From sequence record NZ_CP139428.1: DNA of 64,000 bases; one strand, written 5' to 3'. The stretch's first letter is position 1. Each line of letters starts with the position of its first letter. The DNA comes from a plasmid. A program made the translations under genes and the position numbers. The notes beneath the pieces were generated by a model. That model saw only the letters and a program-made list of their open reading frames with translations, searched no databases and was not told where the DNA came from. Shown piece after piece: positions 8,318-18,335 of the stretch.

Positions 8318-9152
8318 GCTAATTGGATTTGATATCCTCAATGGAAAAGCTAACGTTATGGTGTTGAATACTGGGCGGGTTATGTCAATGCCATACGAAA
8401 GACTACTATCTTCAGAGGTGATTGATGATTTTAACGCTAGAGAAGTGTCGGCGGTTTGTCGAAAAATATATAGCTCTGGTGAAAGTGTTAAAACTGAATA
8501 TGAGTTTAAAGATAGAAATGAAAAGCAGTGGTTAACTTATGTTGCTTTTTGTTTGGTTATTAGTGTTTGTTATATATTTAGTAATATAGCTGCAGTCAAA
8601 CCAGTTCACATACAATACTTTGATCTTATCATTACGCCTGGTACTTTTGTTTACCCGTTTACATTCTTAGTAGTAGATCTTCTGAATGAATTTTATGGAT
8701 TTAGGCTGGCAAGAAAAGCCATCTATATGTGTGTTGTTGCTAATGCGGCAATATTAGGGTTGCTTTATGTTTCTCTGAAGTTACCTGTTATACCTGAATG
8801 GATATTCAATGGTCCATATAATAGCCTTATTAATCAAATACAATCAACATTTCTTGCATCAACTATAGCATTTCTTACCTCCGAGCTGGCTAATTCATAT
8901 GTGCTTTGTAAAATCAAAGAACTGACTAATTCTCGCTACTTATATATAAGGATTCTTTCCAGTATATTCGTGGCCTCTGTTATAGATAGTGTTGTCTTTT
9001 GTTTCATAGCTTTCAGTGGTTTGATGACAAACGAACAAATAATAGGAATTATCGCCGTTCAAGTAATAATTAAGTTAGCGTATGCACTTGTTAATGTTTT
9101 TCCTGCGTATGGAGCAAGGTATCTATTTAATAAATACCTCACTCAAGAATAA
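8295..9152 (+). CDS. yhhQ: YhhQ/DUF165 (Vut-family) queuosine-precursor (preQ0/preQ1) transporter with ~80-aa N-terminal soluble extension
   Basis: PGTFVYPFTFLVVDLLNEFYG and multi-TM profile match the YhhQ family. Overlaps the upstream repressor gene by 23 nt. Confidence 0.7.
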   Translation: MEANIKYKLIGFDILNGKANVMVLNTGRVMSMPYERLLSSEVIDDFNAREVSAVCRKIYSSGESVKTEYEFKDRNEKQWLTYVAFCLVISVCYIFSNIAAVKPVHIQYFDLIITPGTFVYPFTFLVVDLLNEFYGFRLARKAIYMCVVANAAILGLLYVSLKLPVIPEWIFNGPYNSLINQIQSTFLASTIAFLTSELANSYVLCKIKELTNSRYLYIRILSSIFVASVIDSVVFCFIAFSGLMTNEQIIGIIAVQVIIKLAYALVNVFPAYGARYLFNKYLTQE

Positions 9153-9163
9153 TATTTAATTAG

Positions 9164-9865
9164 TCATAAGGCCTGTTTTTTTTGCAGGCTTTTTTTTATT
9201 TCTTCTTTGTTTTGTACGTATTCATTAAACCCTCTCAATCGTAGAAAACATGCGTCGCATTTCCCACACCCAAAACTTTTAACTCCATTGTAACAAGTTA
9301 AAGTTTCATCTCTGATGAGTTCCAAACATCCCATATTGTCTGCTAATGCCCATGTTTCAGCTTTGTTTAATGACATTAGTGGCGTTACAAACTTGATATC
9401 TCTTCCTATTCCTAAACTTACTGCGTGGTTTAACGCTTTCACAAAAACATCACGGCAGTCCGGGTATCCTGAAAAATCAGTCTCACAAACACCTGTTATT
9501 ACGTCTTTCGCATTTACTTGAAATGCATAGATGGCGGCAAGGGTAAGGAATACGATGTTTCTGCCAGGAACAAACGTTGATGGTATTCCATCCGAATCAG
9601 CATTTTTGTGCTCGGGCACTTCAATCTCATTTCTAGTCAAACTACTTATTGCTAACTCATTGATTACATTAACATCTAGAATTTTATGTGAGCTTACGTT
9701 TAGCTTCTTTGCAAGTTGCTCCGCTATTTTAATTTCTTCACTGTGGCGCTGGCCGTAGTCGAAGGTTAAACAGTGCACGGAGTCATACTCAGCGAGAGCC
9801 TTCACTAAGCATGTAGTTGAATCTTGACCTCCACTGAATACAACTACTGCTGTTTTTCCTGACAT
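9164..9865 (-). CDS. queC: 7-cyano-7-deazaguanine synthase QueC
   Basis: [59 protein letters not shown]-terminal Zn Cys cluster [16 protein letters not shown]. ~65% identity to E. coli QueC from memory. Confidence 0.9.
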   Translation of the reverse strand: MSGKTAVVVFSGGQDSTTCLVKALAEYDSVHCLTFDYGQRHSEEIKIAEQLAKKLNVSSHKILDVNVINELAISSLTRNEIEVPEHKNADSDGIPSTFVPGRNIVFLTLAAIYAFQVNAKDVITGVCETDFSGYPDCRDVFVKALNHAVSLGIGRDIKFVTPLMSLNKAETWALADNMGCLELIRDETLTCYNGVKSFGCGKCDACFLRLRGFNEYVQNKEEIKKSLQKKQAL

Positions 9866-10248
9866 ATAAACTCCTTATTATTCAATTCGATGAAATTAAA
9901 AAGCATCATATGGTGCGTTTTGTGTTGCTTTGTTGTTGGATGTATTCTACAGTTTCATTGTTTTAGTTCAATCAGTCAAACCATTGGTAGCTGTAGAAGG
10001 TCATCTCGTAGAACAAATACATCACACTCATACCGCGAGATTAAGCTTTAATCTAATGATTTTATTGTTTTTTTTTGTGATTTGACTTCAGGTGGTTACA
10101 TCAAAAACAGCTTATTTTTTATCAAAATATCTTTAATTTTCATAATGTAAGGGGGTGCTTCCAACTGTTCAAATAATCTCATTTCATACTAAGCCAAGGA
10201 TGTTTCTCTATTGCATCCAAAGATTTACCTCATTCAAGGATAATTTAA

Positions 10249-10617
10249 ATGAATGCTTCATTAAGCGCTCAGGGGCCTTCTGTTGCCCAACGTCAGGGAT
10301 TTTCACTTCGTAAGCTGTTTTCTCGGCAACGCGTCGTGAATTTCCTCAAGGTGATCCTGCCGTTTGCCGTACTGGCCTCGTTCTTCCCGGAAGTGGCTCT
10401 CGCCGCCGGTGCTGGCGGTAAGGATATGCTGAAATCCGGCGATGCCGATGTGAAGGCAACGGCAGGCTCCGGTTCCACCATGGTCAAATGGATCGTCCTG
10501 GTCGAAGTGTTGGTTGGTGCCGTGATGTATATGGCCACCAAAAACCTTAAATACCTCTCCGGCTTCATCGTGGTCTCTGTTCTGATCGCGGTGGGGATGA
10601 AAGTCGCCGGGTATTAA
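10249..10617 (+). CDS. traA: F-type propilin TraA
   Basis: 122 aa. Leader plus mature pilin [21 protein letters not shown] aligns with F TraA. Confidence 0.9.
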   Translation: MNASLSAQGPSVAQRQGFSLRKLFSRQRVVNFLKVILPFAVLASFFPEVALAAGAGGKDMLKSGDADVKATAGSGSTMVKWIVLVEVLVGAVMYMATKNLKYLSGFIVVSVLIAVGMKVAGY

Positions 10618-10628
10618 TCGGGGGCGGT

Positions 10629-10934
10629 ATGTCGGGAAACGATCTGAATAAATACCGTTTCCCGAAAACACTGAGAACACAAGACCGCTGGTTTGGGTTT
10701 TGTCTTGATGAATTAATCCCCGTGGCTATTACTGGCGGCTGGTTTATCTGGCAGCAGAAATATATCACGGGGATTATTTTGGCGGCGCTGGTGTTCTGGG
10801 CCATTCACAAAGCCAAAAAGGGGAAGGGCAGTAGCTGGCTGCGTGACCTTGCATATTGGTATTTACCGACCTCGCTCGGCAAAGGTGTCTACAAGGTCGT
10901 CCCTGAATCGTGTTTTCGGAAATGGATAAAATAG
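10629..10934 (+). CDS. traL: TraL pilus assembly protein
   Basis: MSG...RFP...FC.DE..PV...YLPTSL...VPESCFR matches TraL. Confidence 0.85.
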   Translation: MSGNDLNKYRFPKTLRTQDRWFGFCLDELIPVAITGGWFIWQQKYITGIILAALVFWAIHKAKKGKGSSWLRDLAYWYLPTSLGKGVYKVVPESCFRKWIK

Positions 10935-10944
10935 GCAGGCGATA

Positions 10945-11508
10945 ATGGAACACTCAGCACGTCTCAACTCAAATCGTATTATTGCCATCGGCTTTATTGT
11001 CATGGCGCTGTTGATTGCTGCGCTGACGGTGGCCGTCATTATCATGGCTATCAACAACTATCGCCTGCAGAACGAAAAACAGGTGGTGGCAGTTCCCATG
11101 TTGTTCAAGGCGCCGTTCGGCGTCTCTCAAAACAGCGCTGATGCATCGTATCTCGAGCAAATGGCGCTCTCCTTTGTCGCGTTACGTCTCAATGTGACCC
11201 CTGAGACGGTCAACGCCTCACATTCCACCCTGCTCATGATGGTCAAGCCGGCGGCGCAAAACGCCCTCAAAATCGTCCTGGCAGAAGAAGCCAACCGTAT
11301 CCGAGCCAGCAACGTCAATGCGGCTTTCTTCCAGACCAGCGTGAAAGTCTATCCCGCCCAGGGGCGTGTTGATATTCGCGGTGAGCTGCGTACCTGGATC
11401 GGTGACAGCGCCCCGGAAAAAGCCCTCAAGCACTACTCCCTTTATATCGATCGCAGCGAGGGTGTGACCTGGCTGGCCAAGTTCGTCGAGGTAAACGATG
11501 AAAACTAA
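10945..11508 (+). CDS. traE: TraE pilus assembly protein
   Basis: Position in the F gene order, size, N-terminal TM. Confidence 0.8.
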   Translation: MEHSARLNSNRIIAIGFIVMALLIAALTVAVIIMAINNYRLQNEKQVVAVPMLFKAPFGVSQNSADASYLEQMALSFVALRLNVTPETVNASHSTLLMMVKPAAQNALKIVLAEEANRIRASNVNAAFFQTSVKVYPAQGRVDIRGELRTWIGDSAPEKALKHYSLYIDRSEGVTWLAKFVEVNDEN

Positions 11509-12226
11509 ACGTCGCTATGCGCTGATGGTTGTCGCTCTGATGGCCTGCTTCGGCGCCCAGGCCGGCACGGTGGATGCGCCGGTCACTATCCCACTGCAGA
11601 ACGGCAGTCAGGCGCATGTTTCACTTAGCAACAGCGAACCCAACCTGTTCAACGTCCCCGGCGATCGCGTGACGTTCGTCAGCGGCGTGGATGAAAGCCT
11701 GGTGAATTATGAGCCGGCGGCCAACGGGGGGCTGGTGCTGAGTACGCTCAATAAAAAACCGTTCAGTTTTGTGATCGAAACCGAGCGGGGTATGAACTAT
11801 TCCATTCGCGCCGTACCGCGTGCCGGTGTCGGCCGCACGTTCTCACTGGTGGGGGAGAGCCAGGGCGTTTCTGTGGCTGCCAAAGGCTGGGAAGAGGGTC
11901 AGCCCTACGAGTCCATGCTGGTCTCGCTCAACAAGTCATTGATGGAGGGCCGGTTGCCGGCCGGCTATGGGCAGATGCCGGTCACGCGGGAAGCGCTGGC
12001 CGCACCTTACGGTTTGCGGGCGCAGGCGCAGCAGGTCTGGACAGGGCATCACCTGAAGGTGGTTCGCTTTGAGGTCAGCAATCCCGGCAGTGCCAGCCAG
12101 TGGGTCAACGAACACGACTTCTGGCAACGGGGTGTGCGGGCGGTGATGTTCGATACGCCTACCCGGCAGATTATCGGCGGCGGTCGCATGAGCGTGTGGA
12201 TCACCTTGTCCGAGGGAGGCCGCTGA
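11498..12226 (+). CDS. traK: TraK (secretin-like T4SS core)
   Basis: Signal peptide. Synteny with F. Confidence 0.8.
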   Translation: MKTKRRYALMVVALMACFGAQAGTVDAPVTIPLQNGSQAHVSLSNSEPNLFNVPGDRVTFVSGVDESLVNYEPAANGGLVLSTLNKKPFSFVIETERGMNYSIRAVPRAGVGRTFSLVGESQGVSVAAKGWEEGQPYESMLVSLNKSLMEGRLPAGYGQMPVTREALAAPYGLRAQAQQVWTGHHLKVVRFEVSNPGSASQWVNEHDFWQRGVRAVMFDTPTRQIIGGGRMSVWITLSEGGR

Positions 12227-13620
12227 TGGCGAACATCAATGTGCTGGTCAAGCGCAAGCAATATCTCTGGCTGGGCGCGGTCGCGCTGGCGGTCGCCGCG
12301 GCCATCGGCGGCGGTTACTACTTCTCGCAGGATGCGGAGCTGGAGACACAGCAACTTGCCGAACCGGCTCCCGACCTGACCGGGGTGGTCGACAATACCT
12401 TTGACGATCGCGTGCAGCAGCATGCCATCACCCAGACGCAGGCCGCGCAGGCCGAGATCAACAAGCAATTTACCGCCCTGCGTCAGGAAATCGACCTGCT
12501 GAATAAATCGCGTCTGGAAGATCAGAAGCGCATGCAGGTGCTGGAAGACGAAAACAACAAGCTTAAACAGTTTGGCGGACCGGGGGCGCAAACAACACCA
12601 GGGAACCCGGCCCCCGGTTCCGCCGCCTCCTTACCACCGCTGGTTAACGGCGTGACGCCCGAAGGCGAACCAATGCCAACACAGTTCCCGCCGGCACCGG
12701 GCGGCGCGGTTCCGCCGCCGACGGCGTTCTATCCGGGCAAGGGCGTTACACCGCCACCGAGCGTTGACTACAAGCCTATCCCGGTGCCCGGCCGTCTCTA
12801 TCGCAAGTCACTGGTGCCGGCGGAGACCGGCCCCAGGAAAAAGAAGTACCCCTATATCCCAACCGGCAGCTTTGCCAAGTCCATCCTGATTGAGGGGGCG
12901 GATGCCAACGCCTCGGTAACCGGGAACACGGCCACGGTGCCGATGCAGGTGCGGTTGACCGGCCGGATCGAGATGCCGAACAGCAAGACCTATGACGCCA
13001 CCGGCTGTTTTATCAGCATGGAAGCCTACGGTGACGTCTCCAGCGAACGCGCCATCGTGCGCACCCGCAAAATCAGCTGCATTCGCGGTGACGACATTAT
13101 CGATCAGGACATCGACGGCCACGTTTCCTTTATGGGCAAGAACGGCGTCAAGGGCGAGGTGGTGATGCGCAACGGCAAGATCCTCGGCTTTGCCTGGGGC
13201 GCCGGGTTCCTTGACGGGTTGGGCGAGGGTGCCGGCCGGGCGGCGCAGCCGACCGTTGGTCTTGGGGCAACGGCCAGCATGGGCGCCGGCGATATTGCCA
13301 AATCGGCCATCGGCGGGGGGGCCAGTAAAGCCGCTTCAACGCTCAGCGACTATTACATCAAGCGGGCTGAGCAGTATCACCCGGTGATTCCGATCGGCGC
13401 CGGTAACGAAGTCACGGTGGTGTTCCAGGAGGGCTTCCAGATGAAAACCATCGAGGAAGTGGCGGCGGAAAAAGAGAGCCGTCAGCAGGGGCAGACCGAA
13501 GGGAGCGACCAGCCTAAATCCGGGCAAAGCCTGAACGGGTTCAACACCGATCAGATGCTGAACCACCTCGGCAAGCTTGATCCGGCTCAGTTCGGAATCG
13601 GTAAAGGGAGTGGCCAGTGA
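12226..13620 (+). CDS. traB: TraB (VirB10-like)
   Basis: MANINVLVKRKQYLWLG matches the F TraB N-terminus. Pro-rich linker. TGATG start/stop overlap with traK. Confidence 0.85.
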   Translation: MANINVLVKRKQYLWLGAVALAVAAAIGGGYYFSQDAELETQQLAEPAPDLTGVVDNTFDDRVQQHAITQTQAAQAEINKQFTALRQEIDLLNKSRLEDQKRMQVLEDENNKLKQFGGPGAQTTPGNPAPGSAASLPPLVNGVTPEGEPMPTQFPPAPGGAVPPPTAFYPGKGVTPPPSVDYKPIPVPGRLYRKSLVPAETGPRKKKYPYIPTGSFAKSILIEGADANASVTGNTATVPMQVRLTGRIEMPNSKTYDATGCFISMEAYGDVSSERAIVRTRKISCIRGDDIIDQDIDGHVSFMGKNGVKGEVVMRNGKILGFAWGAGFLDGLGEGAGRAAQPTVGLGATASMGAGDIAKSAIGGGASKAASTLSDYYIKRAEQYHPVIPIGAGNEVTVVFQEGFQMKTIEEVAAEKESRQQGQTEGSDQPKSGQSLNGFNTDQMLNHLGKLDPAQFGIGKGSGQ

Positions 13621-14216
13621 TGGACATTAAAGAGCAGAAGTCCACGTTGAAGGCGTTATTGCATCTGTCAGAAGTTTATTCGCGGTTTGGAAACATTCCA
13701 CATTTCAGCGTCGTGGGCTGGTTGGTGATGGGGGCTGTCATCGCGGTGGTGGAGTGGTTTTGGTTTTCATTGGGCGGTGGGTTGCTCTCTGGGACGCTGA
13801 TATTTGCTCTGATTTTAATTGTGCATTGGGAGCTTACCCGGTTCACCCGCTCCTCTGTCTTGCAGGAAATATCGCGGTTGTTGGCGCGTTATCCAGCCCG
13901 GCTGCAATACGAATACCAGTCTTTACTCCGGGATATTGGCGCAGGGACGCCAGAACTTCCAGCGGCGATAAGCGGCTTTCACGACAGAGTCCTTATCCAA
14001 ATATGGGGCTGTAAGTTAAGAGACTGGGCTTGTGAGGAATATGCCCTTCTGGGACATGGATGCACGCAGAACTCACATGACGCTGTGGGGCAGTCAAATG
14101 AGGCTCATGCCGATGCCGCCCGCTTCTTGAGAATACCCACCACAAGGTGGTGGCGTTCCGCAAACCCGGCTCCGTTCAACAGGAAGATGAAGATAAGGAG
14201 ACAGACCGATGAATAA
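13617..14216 (+). CDS. traP: TraP-like inner-membrane protein
   Basis: Position and TM content match F traP. Confidence 0.6.
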   Translation: MMDIKEQKSTLKALLHLSEVYSRFGNIPHFSVVGWLVMGAVIAVVEWFWFSLGGGLLSGTLIFALILIVHWELTRFTRSSVLQEISRLLARYPARLQYEYQSLLRDIGAGTPELPAAISGFHDRVLIQIWGCKLRDWACEEYALLGHGCTQNSHDAVGQSNEAHADAARFLRIPTTRWWRSANPAPFNRKMKIRRQTDE

Positions 14217-14427
14217 CAACGACAAACCCACTATCTGGTATTTCGATGACTTTCCCTTCATGGGTGTCGCTTCTGCAGAAATCGGGAACCGTGTCGTCTG
14301 CGGCCGAACCGGTGCGGGGAAAACGACGCTGATGCAGTCCATCGTGGATAAATACAGCGCGGATGCCGTGCGGCAGGGCATTTCTATTGCACCGACACCG
14401 CCTTCTGAGGATGAGGCCAAATCATGA
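14209..14427 (+). CDS. trbD: TrbD-like small protein
   Basis: 72 aa. Position matches F trbD. Confidence 0.5.
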   Translation: MNNNDKPTIWYFDDFPFMGVASAEIGNRVVCGRTGAGKTTLMQSIVDKYSADAVRQGISIAPTPPSEDEAKS

Positions 14428-14810
14428 CTGAACGAAAAATGACGGGGCTATATGTCTTTTTATTGCTGACCTGGTGGGGCGGCTGGCTTGCGCTCGATAT
14501 GTGGCGCATTGAGCACCTGCTGACAGATGCCGACAAGTGGGCCGGTTTTCGGCGTGACATTCTCTGGTGTGCGGGGTCGGCGGCGCTCTCTTTATTTTTC
14601 TTAATGACGGGTACCAACAAAAAATCATCTGCTTACGCACTGTCGGTATGCCTGGCACTGATAGTGCCCATCTCGGTCGCAATCGTTGCCGGGAGTTCTT
14701 TCATTCACTGGGAATTTGATGTCCCGATGTTCTTGATGATGCATACGTGCGCCGGATGGGTAATGACCCTCGTTGTACCGTTAATGACTTTTTTCTCGGC
14801 CAGGTTTTAA
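14424..14810 (+). CDS. trbG: TrbG-like membrane protein
   Basis: Position in the F order. TM helices. Confidence 0.5.
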   Translation: MTERKMTGLYVFLLLTWWGGWLALDMWRIEHLLTDADKWAGFRRDILWCAGSAALSLFFLMTGTNKKSSAYALSVCLALIVPISVAIVAGSSFIHWEFDVPMFLMMHTCAGWVMTLVVPLMTFFSARF

Positions 14811-14819
14811 GGAGACTTT

Positions 14820-15374
14820 ATGAAAACGCACATCATGAAATCACTGCTTTTACTCCCCGCCTTGGGTGGCGTGCTGCTGCTGGCCGGTTGTGCCGGCGTT
14901 AGCAGCGAGTTCGGCTGTAACGCCACCACCTCCGACAGCTGCATGACGATGGAGCAGGCTAACGAGAAAGCCAAGTCGCTGGAAGAGGGCAGCGAAGCAA
15001 AGCCGGCTGCGGCCGCATTGCCTCGCCTGGCTGACGGCGACTTTGCGGCAGTGGGGCGAGATACCGGCCCCGTCCCTGTCTCAGCCGGCAGCACTTCCCG
15101 TTTGTTGCCTCGTCAGGGGGCCGCATCCCCGGCGCCGGCAGTGCCGGCGTCTCCGACGATTGCGGCGCCGTCCGCCATCGTGACGACCGTCAGTACCTGC
15201 ACGTTGCCGCGCTGTGCCGGTGTCGGCAGCACCCGACCGGCCCGCCAGGCTGAGCAGACCGCGCAGCTGTGGATCGCGCCCTGGATTGACAGTCAGGACG
15301 TCTATCACCAGCCGGGCAAGGTACTGTTCGTGGTTAAACCCGCCGTCTGGGGCAAGCCCCAGTCCGTCTATTAA
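14820..15374 (+). CDS. traV: TraV outer-membrane lipoprotein
   Basis: Lipobox LLLAGCAG. Pro/Ala-rich. Confidence 0.85.
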   Translation: MKTHIMKSLLLLPALGGVLLLAGCAGVSSEFGCNATTSDSCMTMEQANEKAKSLEEGSEAKPAAAALPRLADGDFAAVGRDTGPVPVSAGSTSRLLPRQGAASPAPAVPASPTIAAPSAIVTTVSTCTLPRCAGVGSTRPARQAEQTAQLWIAPWIDSQDVYHQPGKVLFVVKPAVWGKPQSVY

Positions 15375-15384
15375 GGAGAGTGTA

Positions 15385-15708
15385 ATGCAGGGAATATGTG
15401 CTGTACCGGTTGAGCGCGACGCGCAGGGATTCTGGACCCATCCGGCGATGCTGCAGGCAAACCTTGAGACATCGGCAGAGATGACCTATTGGCTGCGGTC
15501 GCGCGGCCTGGAGTGCTGGGTGATGTTTATGCGGGATGAAGACCCTGAGGCCTTTCTTGCGGGGTTTGATGAGGACTGTCCGGATGCCCGTGGCTGGAAC
15601 CCTTCGCCGCCGCCGGGGGAGTGCTGGTTCATCGGCTCCATTTATGACAACGAGGACGGGCCTATGTGCTTGTGGTTTAGGGCGGCCACTCGCGAGGTTG
15701 ACGCATGA
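15385..15708 (+). CDS. hypothetical protein in traR position (not obviously DksA-type)
   Basis: AAGGAGAG RBS. 107 aa. Confidence 0.45.
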   Translation: MQGICAVPVERDAQGFWTHPAMLQANLETSAEMTYWLRSRGLECWVMFMRDEDPEAFLAGFDEDCPDARGWNPSPPPGECWFIGSIYDNEDGPMCLWFRAATREVDA

Positions 15709-18335
15709 ATCTGATCGATAAAGTCACCCATACTGCCAACAGCCTGCTGTCGGCGCTGAAAATGCCGGATGAAGCTGCCGCCGCCAACAAGGTGTTGGGT
15801 GACATGAACTTTCCCCAGCTGAGCAGCGTGCTGCCCTACCGCGACTACGACGAAGAGAGCGGGCTGTTCATCAATGCCGGCTCCATCGGCTTTGTGCTGG
15901 AAGCGCTGCCGTTGGCCGGCGCCAACGAGCAGGTGGTTCTGACGCTCGAAAGTCTGCTGCGCACCAAGTTACCGCGCGGGATCGCGTTGTCCGTTCACCT
16001 GATGGCCAGCAAGCGCGTCGGCGATCTGGTGGAGTCTGGCCTGCGTGACTTCTCCTGGTCGGGCAAGGACGCGGACAAATTCAACGCCATCACGCGGGCC
16101 TTCTACCTGATGGCGGCAGAAGGTCGCTTTTCCCTGCCGCCGGGCGTCGATATGCCGCTGACGCTGCGTAACTATCGCGTATTCATCTCCTACTGCGTCA
16201 AGAGCAAGCGCCGCAACAAGGCGCTCATCACCGAGCTGGAGAACCTGGTCAAGGTGCTGCGTGCGTCGCTGATGGGGGCGAAAATTCCGACAGAGTCGCT
16301 TAATGACGAAGACTTTATCAACGTCGTGGGCGAAATCATCAACCACGATCCGAGCCAGCTGTACAACAAACGTCGCAAACTCGACCCGCTCAAAGACCTG
16401 AATTTCCAGTGCATCGACAACGGGTTTGGCATGGACGTCTATCCCGACTGCGTCAAAATCAACCTGCGTGATGCCGGCAGCAAGAAAGGCAGCGTGGCGC
16501 GGGTGATGAATTTCCAGCTCGAGCAGAACCCGGAGATGGCCTTCCTGTGGAACACCGCCGACAACTACGGCAACCTGCTGTACCCCGAGCTGTCGATCGC
16601 CACGCCGTTCATTATTACGCTGACGCTGGTCGTTGAAGAGCAGACCAAGACCTCTTTCGAGGCGAACCGCAAGTACATCGATCTGGAGAAAAAATCCCGT
16701 ACCTCCTACGCCAAATTCTTCCCCGGCACGCTGGAGGAGATGAAGGAATGGGGCGATCTGCGCCAGAGTCTGGCGTCCAACCAGACGGCGATCGTTTCCT
16801 TCTTCTATAACGTGACGGTGTTTTGCGAAGACAACGACAGCGTGGCGCTGCGCTGCGAGCAGGACGTCATCAACAGCTACCGCAAGAACGGTTTCGACCT
16901 GATATCGCCGCGCTTCAAGCAACACTGGAACTTCCTGGCCTGCCTGCCATTTATGGCCGAGCACGGCGTCTTCCAGGATTTGGCGATGCATGGCGCGGTG
17001 CATCGTGCCAAGACCCTGAATGTGGTCAACCTGATGCCGATCGTCGCCGACAACCGTTTGGCGCCGTCCGGTCTGCTGGCACCCACCTACCGCAACCAGC
17101 TGGCGTTTATCGACATCTACTCCGAAGTGATGCGCAACACCAACTACAACATGGCGGTATGTGGGACCTCTGGCGCGGGTAAAACCGGTCTTATTCAGCC
17201 GATGCTGCGCAGCGTGCTGGATACCGGTGGCGCCGCCTGGGTGTTCGACATGGGCGATGGTTACAAGAGCCTGTGCGAAAACATGGGCGGGGTTTACATC
17301 GACGCCCAGACGCTGAAGTTCAACCCGTTCGCCAACGTGAAGGACATCAACCTGTCGGCGACGCAGATCGCCAACCTGATTTCGGTGATGGCCAGCCCCG
17401 ATGGCAACCTGGACGAAGTTCATGAGAGCCTGCTGGAGATGGCGGTCAAGGCAGCCTGGTTGAGCAAGCAAAAGAATGCCCGTATCGATGATGTACGTGA
17501 CTTTCTGCGCGACGCAATGGATGAGGAGGTCTATCGCGATTCGCCGACCATCCGCAACCGCCTGCATGAAATGACCATCCTGCTGGATAAATACTGCTCC
17601 GACGGCACCTATGGTGAGTTCTTCAACTCCGACGAACCGTCGCTGCGCGATGACGTCAACATGGTGGTGCTGGAGATGGGCGGCCTTAAAAACCGCCCTG
17701 ACCTGCTGGTTGCGGTGATGTTCTCGCTGATGATCTACATCGAGGGACGGATGTACCAGACATCGCGTCAGAGCAAGAAGCTGTGCGTTATCGACGAAGG
17801 CTGGAAGCTGCTCAACTTCAAGAATGCCAAGGCGGGCGAGTTTATCGAAGAGGGTTACCGTACCGCGCGCCGTCACCGCGGGGCGTACATCACCATTACC
17901 CAGAACATCAAGGACTTTGACTCGGACACCGCCAGCTCGGCCGCGAAAGCCGCCTGGGGGAACTCCTCCTACAAGATCATCCTGATGCAGGACGCCTCCG
18001 AGTTCAAAACCTATCTGCAGAAAAACCCGGACAACTTCACCCAGCTGCAGCAGGACATGATCGGGAAGTTCGAATCGGCCAAAGACCAGTGGTTCAGCTC
18101 CTTCATGCTGATGGTCTCCGGCAAGGTCAGCTGGCACCGCCTGTTTGTCGATCCGCTGAGCCGCGCCATGTACTCCTCCCAGGGCCAGGACTTCGAGTTC
18201 ATGCAGGCCCGGCGCGAACAGGGGGTATCGGTGCATGACGCCGTGTATGAGCTGGCGCACCGCAACTTTGGCGAGGAGATGGCGCGTATCGAGCGCTGGG
18301 TGGAAGAAAACTACACAGGGAGGGCGGCCGCATGA
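15705..18335 (+). CDS. traC: TraC (VirB4-like ATPase)
   Basis: 876 aa. Walker A GTSGAGKT. F synteny. Confidence 0.9.
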   Translation: MNLIDKVTHTANSLLSALKMPDEAAAANKVLGDMNFPQLSSVLPYRDYDEESGLFINAGSIGFVLEALPLAGANEQVVLTLESLLRTKLPRGIALSVHLMASKRVGDLVESGLRDFSWSGKDADKFNAITRAFYLMAAEGRFSLPPGVDMPLTLRNYRVFISYCVKSKRRNKALITELENLVKVLRASLMGAKIPTESLNDEDFINVVGEIINHDPSQLYNKRRKLDPLKDLNFQCIDNGFGMDVYPDCVKINLRDAGSKKGSVARVMNFQLEQNPEMAFLWNTADNYGNLLYPELSIATPFIITLTLVVEEQTKTSFEANRKYIDLEKKSRTSYAKFFPGTLEEMKEWGDLRQSLASNQTAIVSFFYNVTVFCEDNDSVALRCEQDVINSYRKNGFDLISPRFKQHWNFLACLPFMAEHGVFQDLAMHGAVHRAKTLNVVNLMPIVADNRLAPSGLLAPTYRNQLAFIDIYSEVMRNTNYNMAVCGTSGAGKTGLIQPMLRSVLDTGGAAWVFDMGDGYKSLCENMGGVYIDAQTLKFNPFANVKDINLSATQIANLISVMASPDGNLDEVHESLLEMAVKAAWLSKQKNARIDDVRDFLRDAMDEEVYRDSPTIRNRLHEMTILLDKYCSDGTYGEFFNSDEPSLRDDVNMVVLEMGGLKNRPDLLVAVMFSLMIYIEGRMYQTSRQSKKLCVIDEGWKLLNFKNAKAGEFIEEGYRTARRHRGAYITITQNIKDFDSDTASSAAKAAWGNSSYKIILMQDASEFKTYLQKNPDNFTQLQQDMIGKFESAKDQWFSSFMLMVSGKVSWHRLFVDPLSRAMYSSQGQDFEFMQARREQGVSVHDAVYELAHRNFGEEMARIERWVEENYTGRAAA

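Noticed and set aside
9164-9865. Considered QatC/Cap9-type QueC-like defence protein
   Set aside because: Identity to housekeeping QueC is high across the whole length, including the Zn-binding C-terminus. No QatA/B/D or TGT-like Cap10 partners are adjacent.
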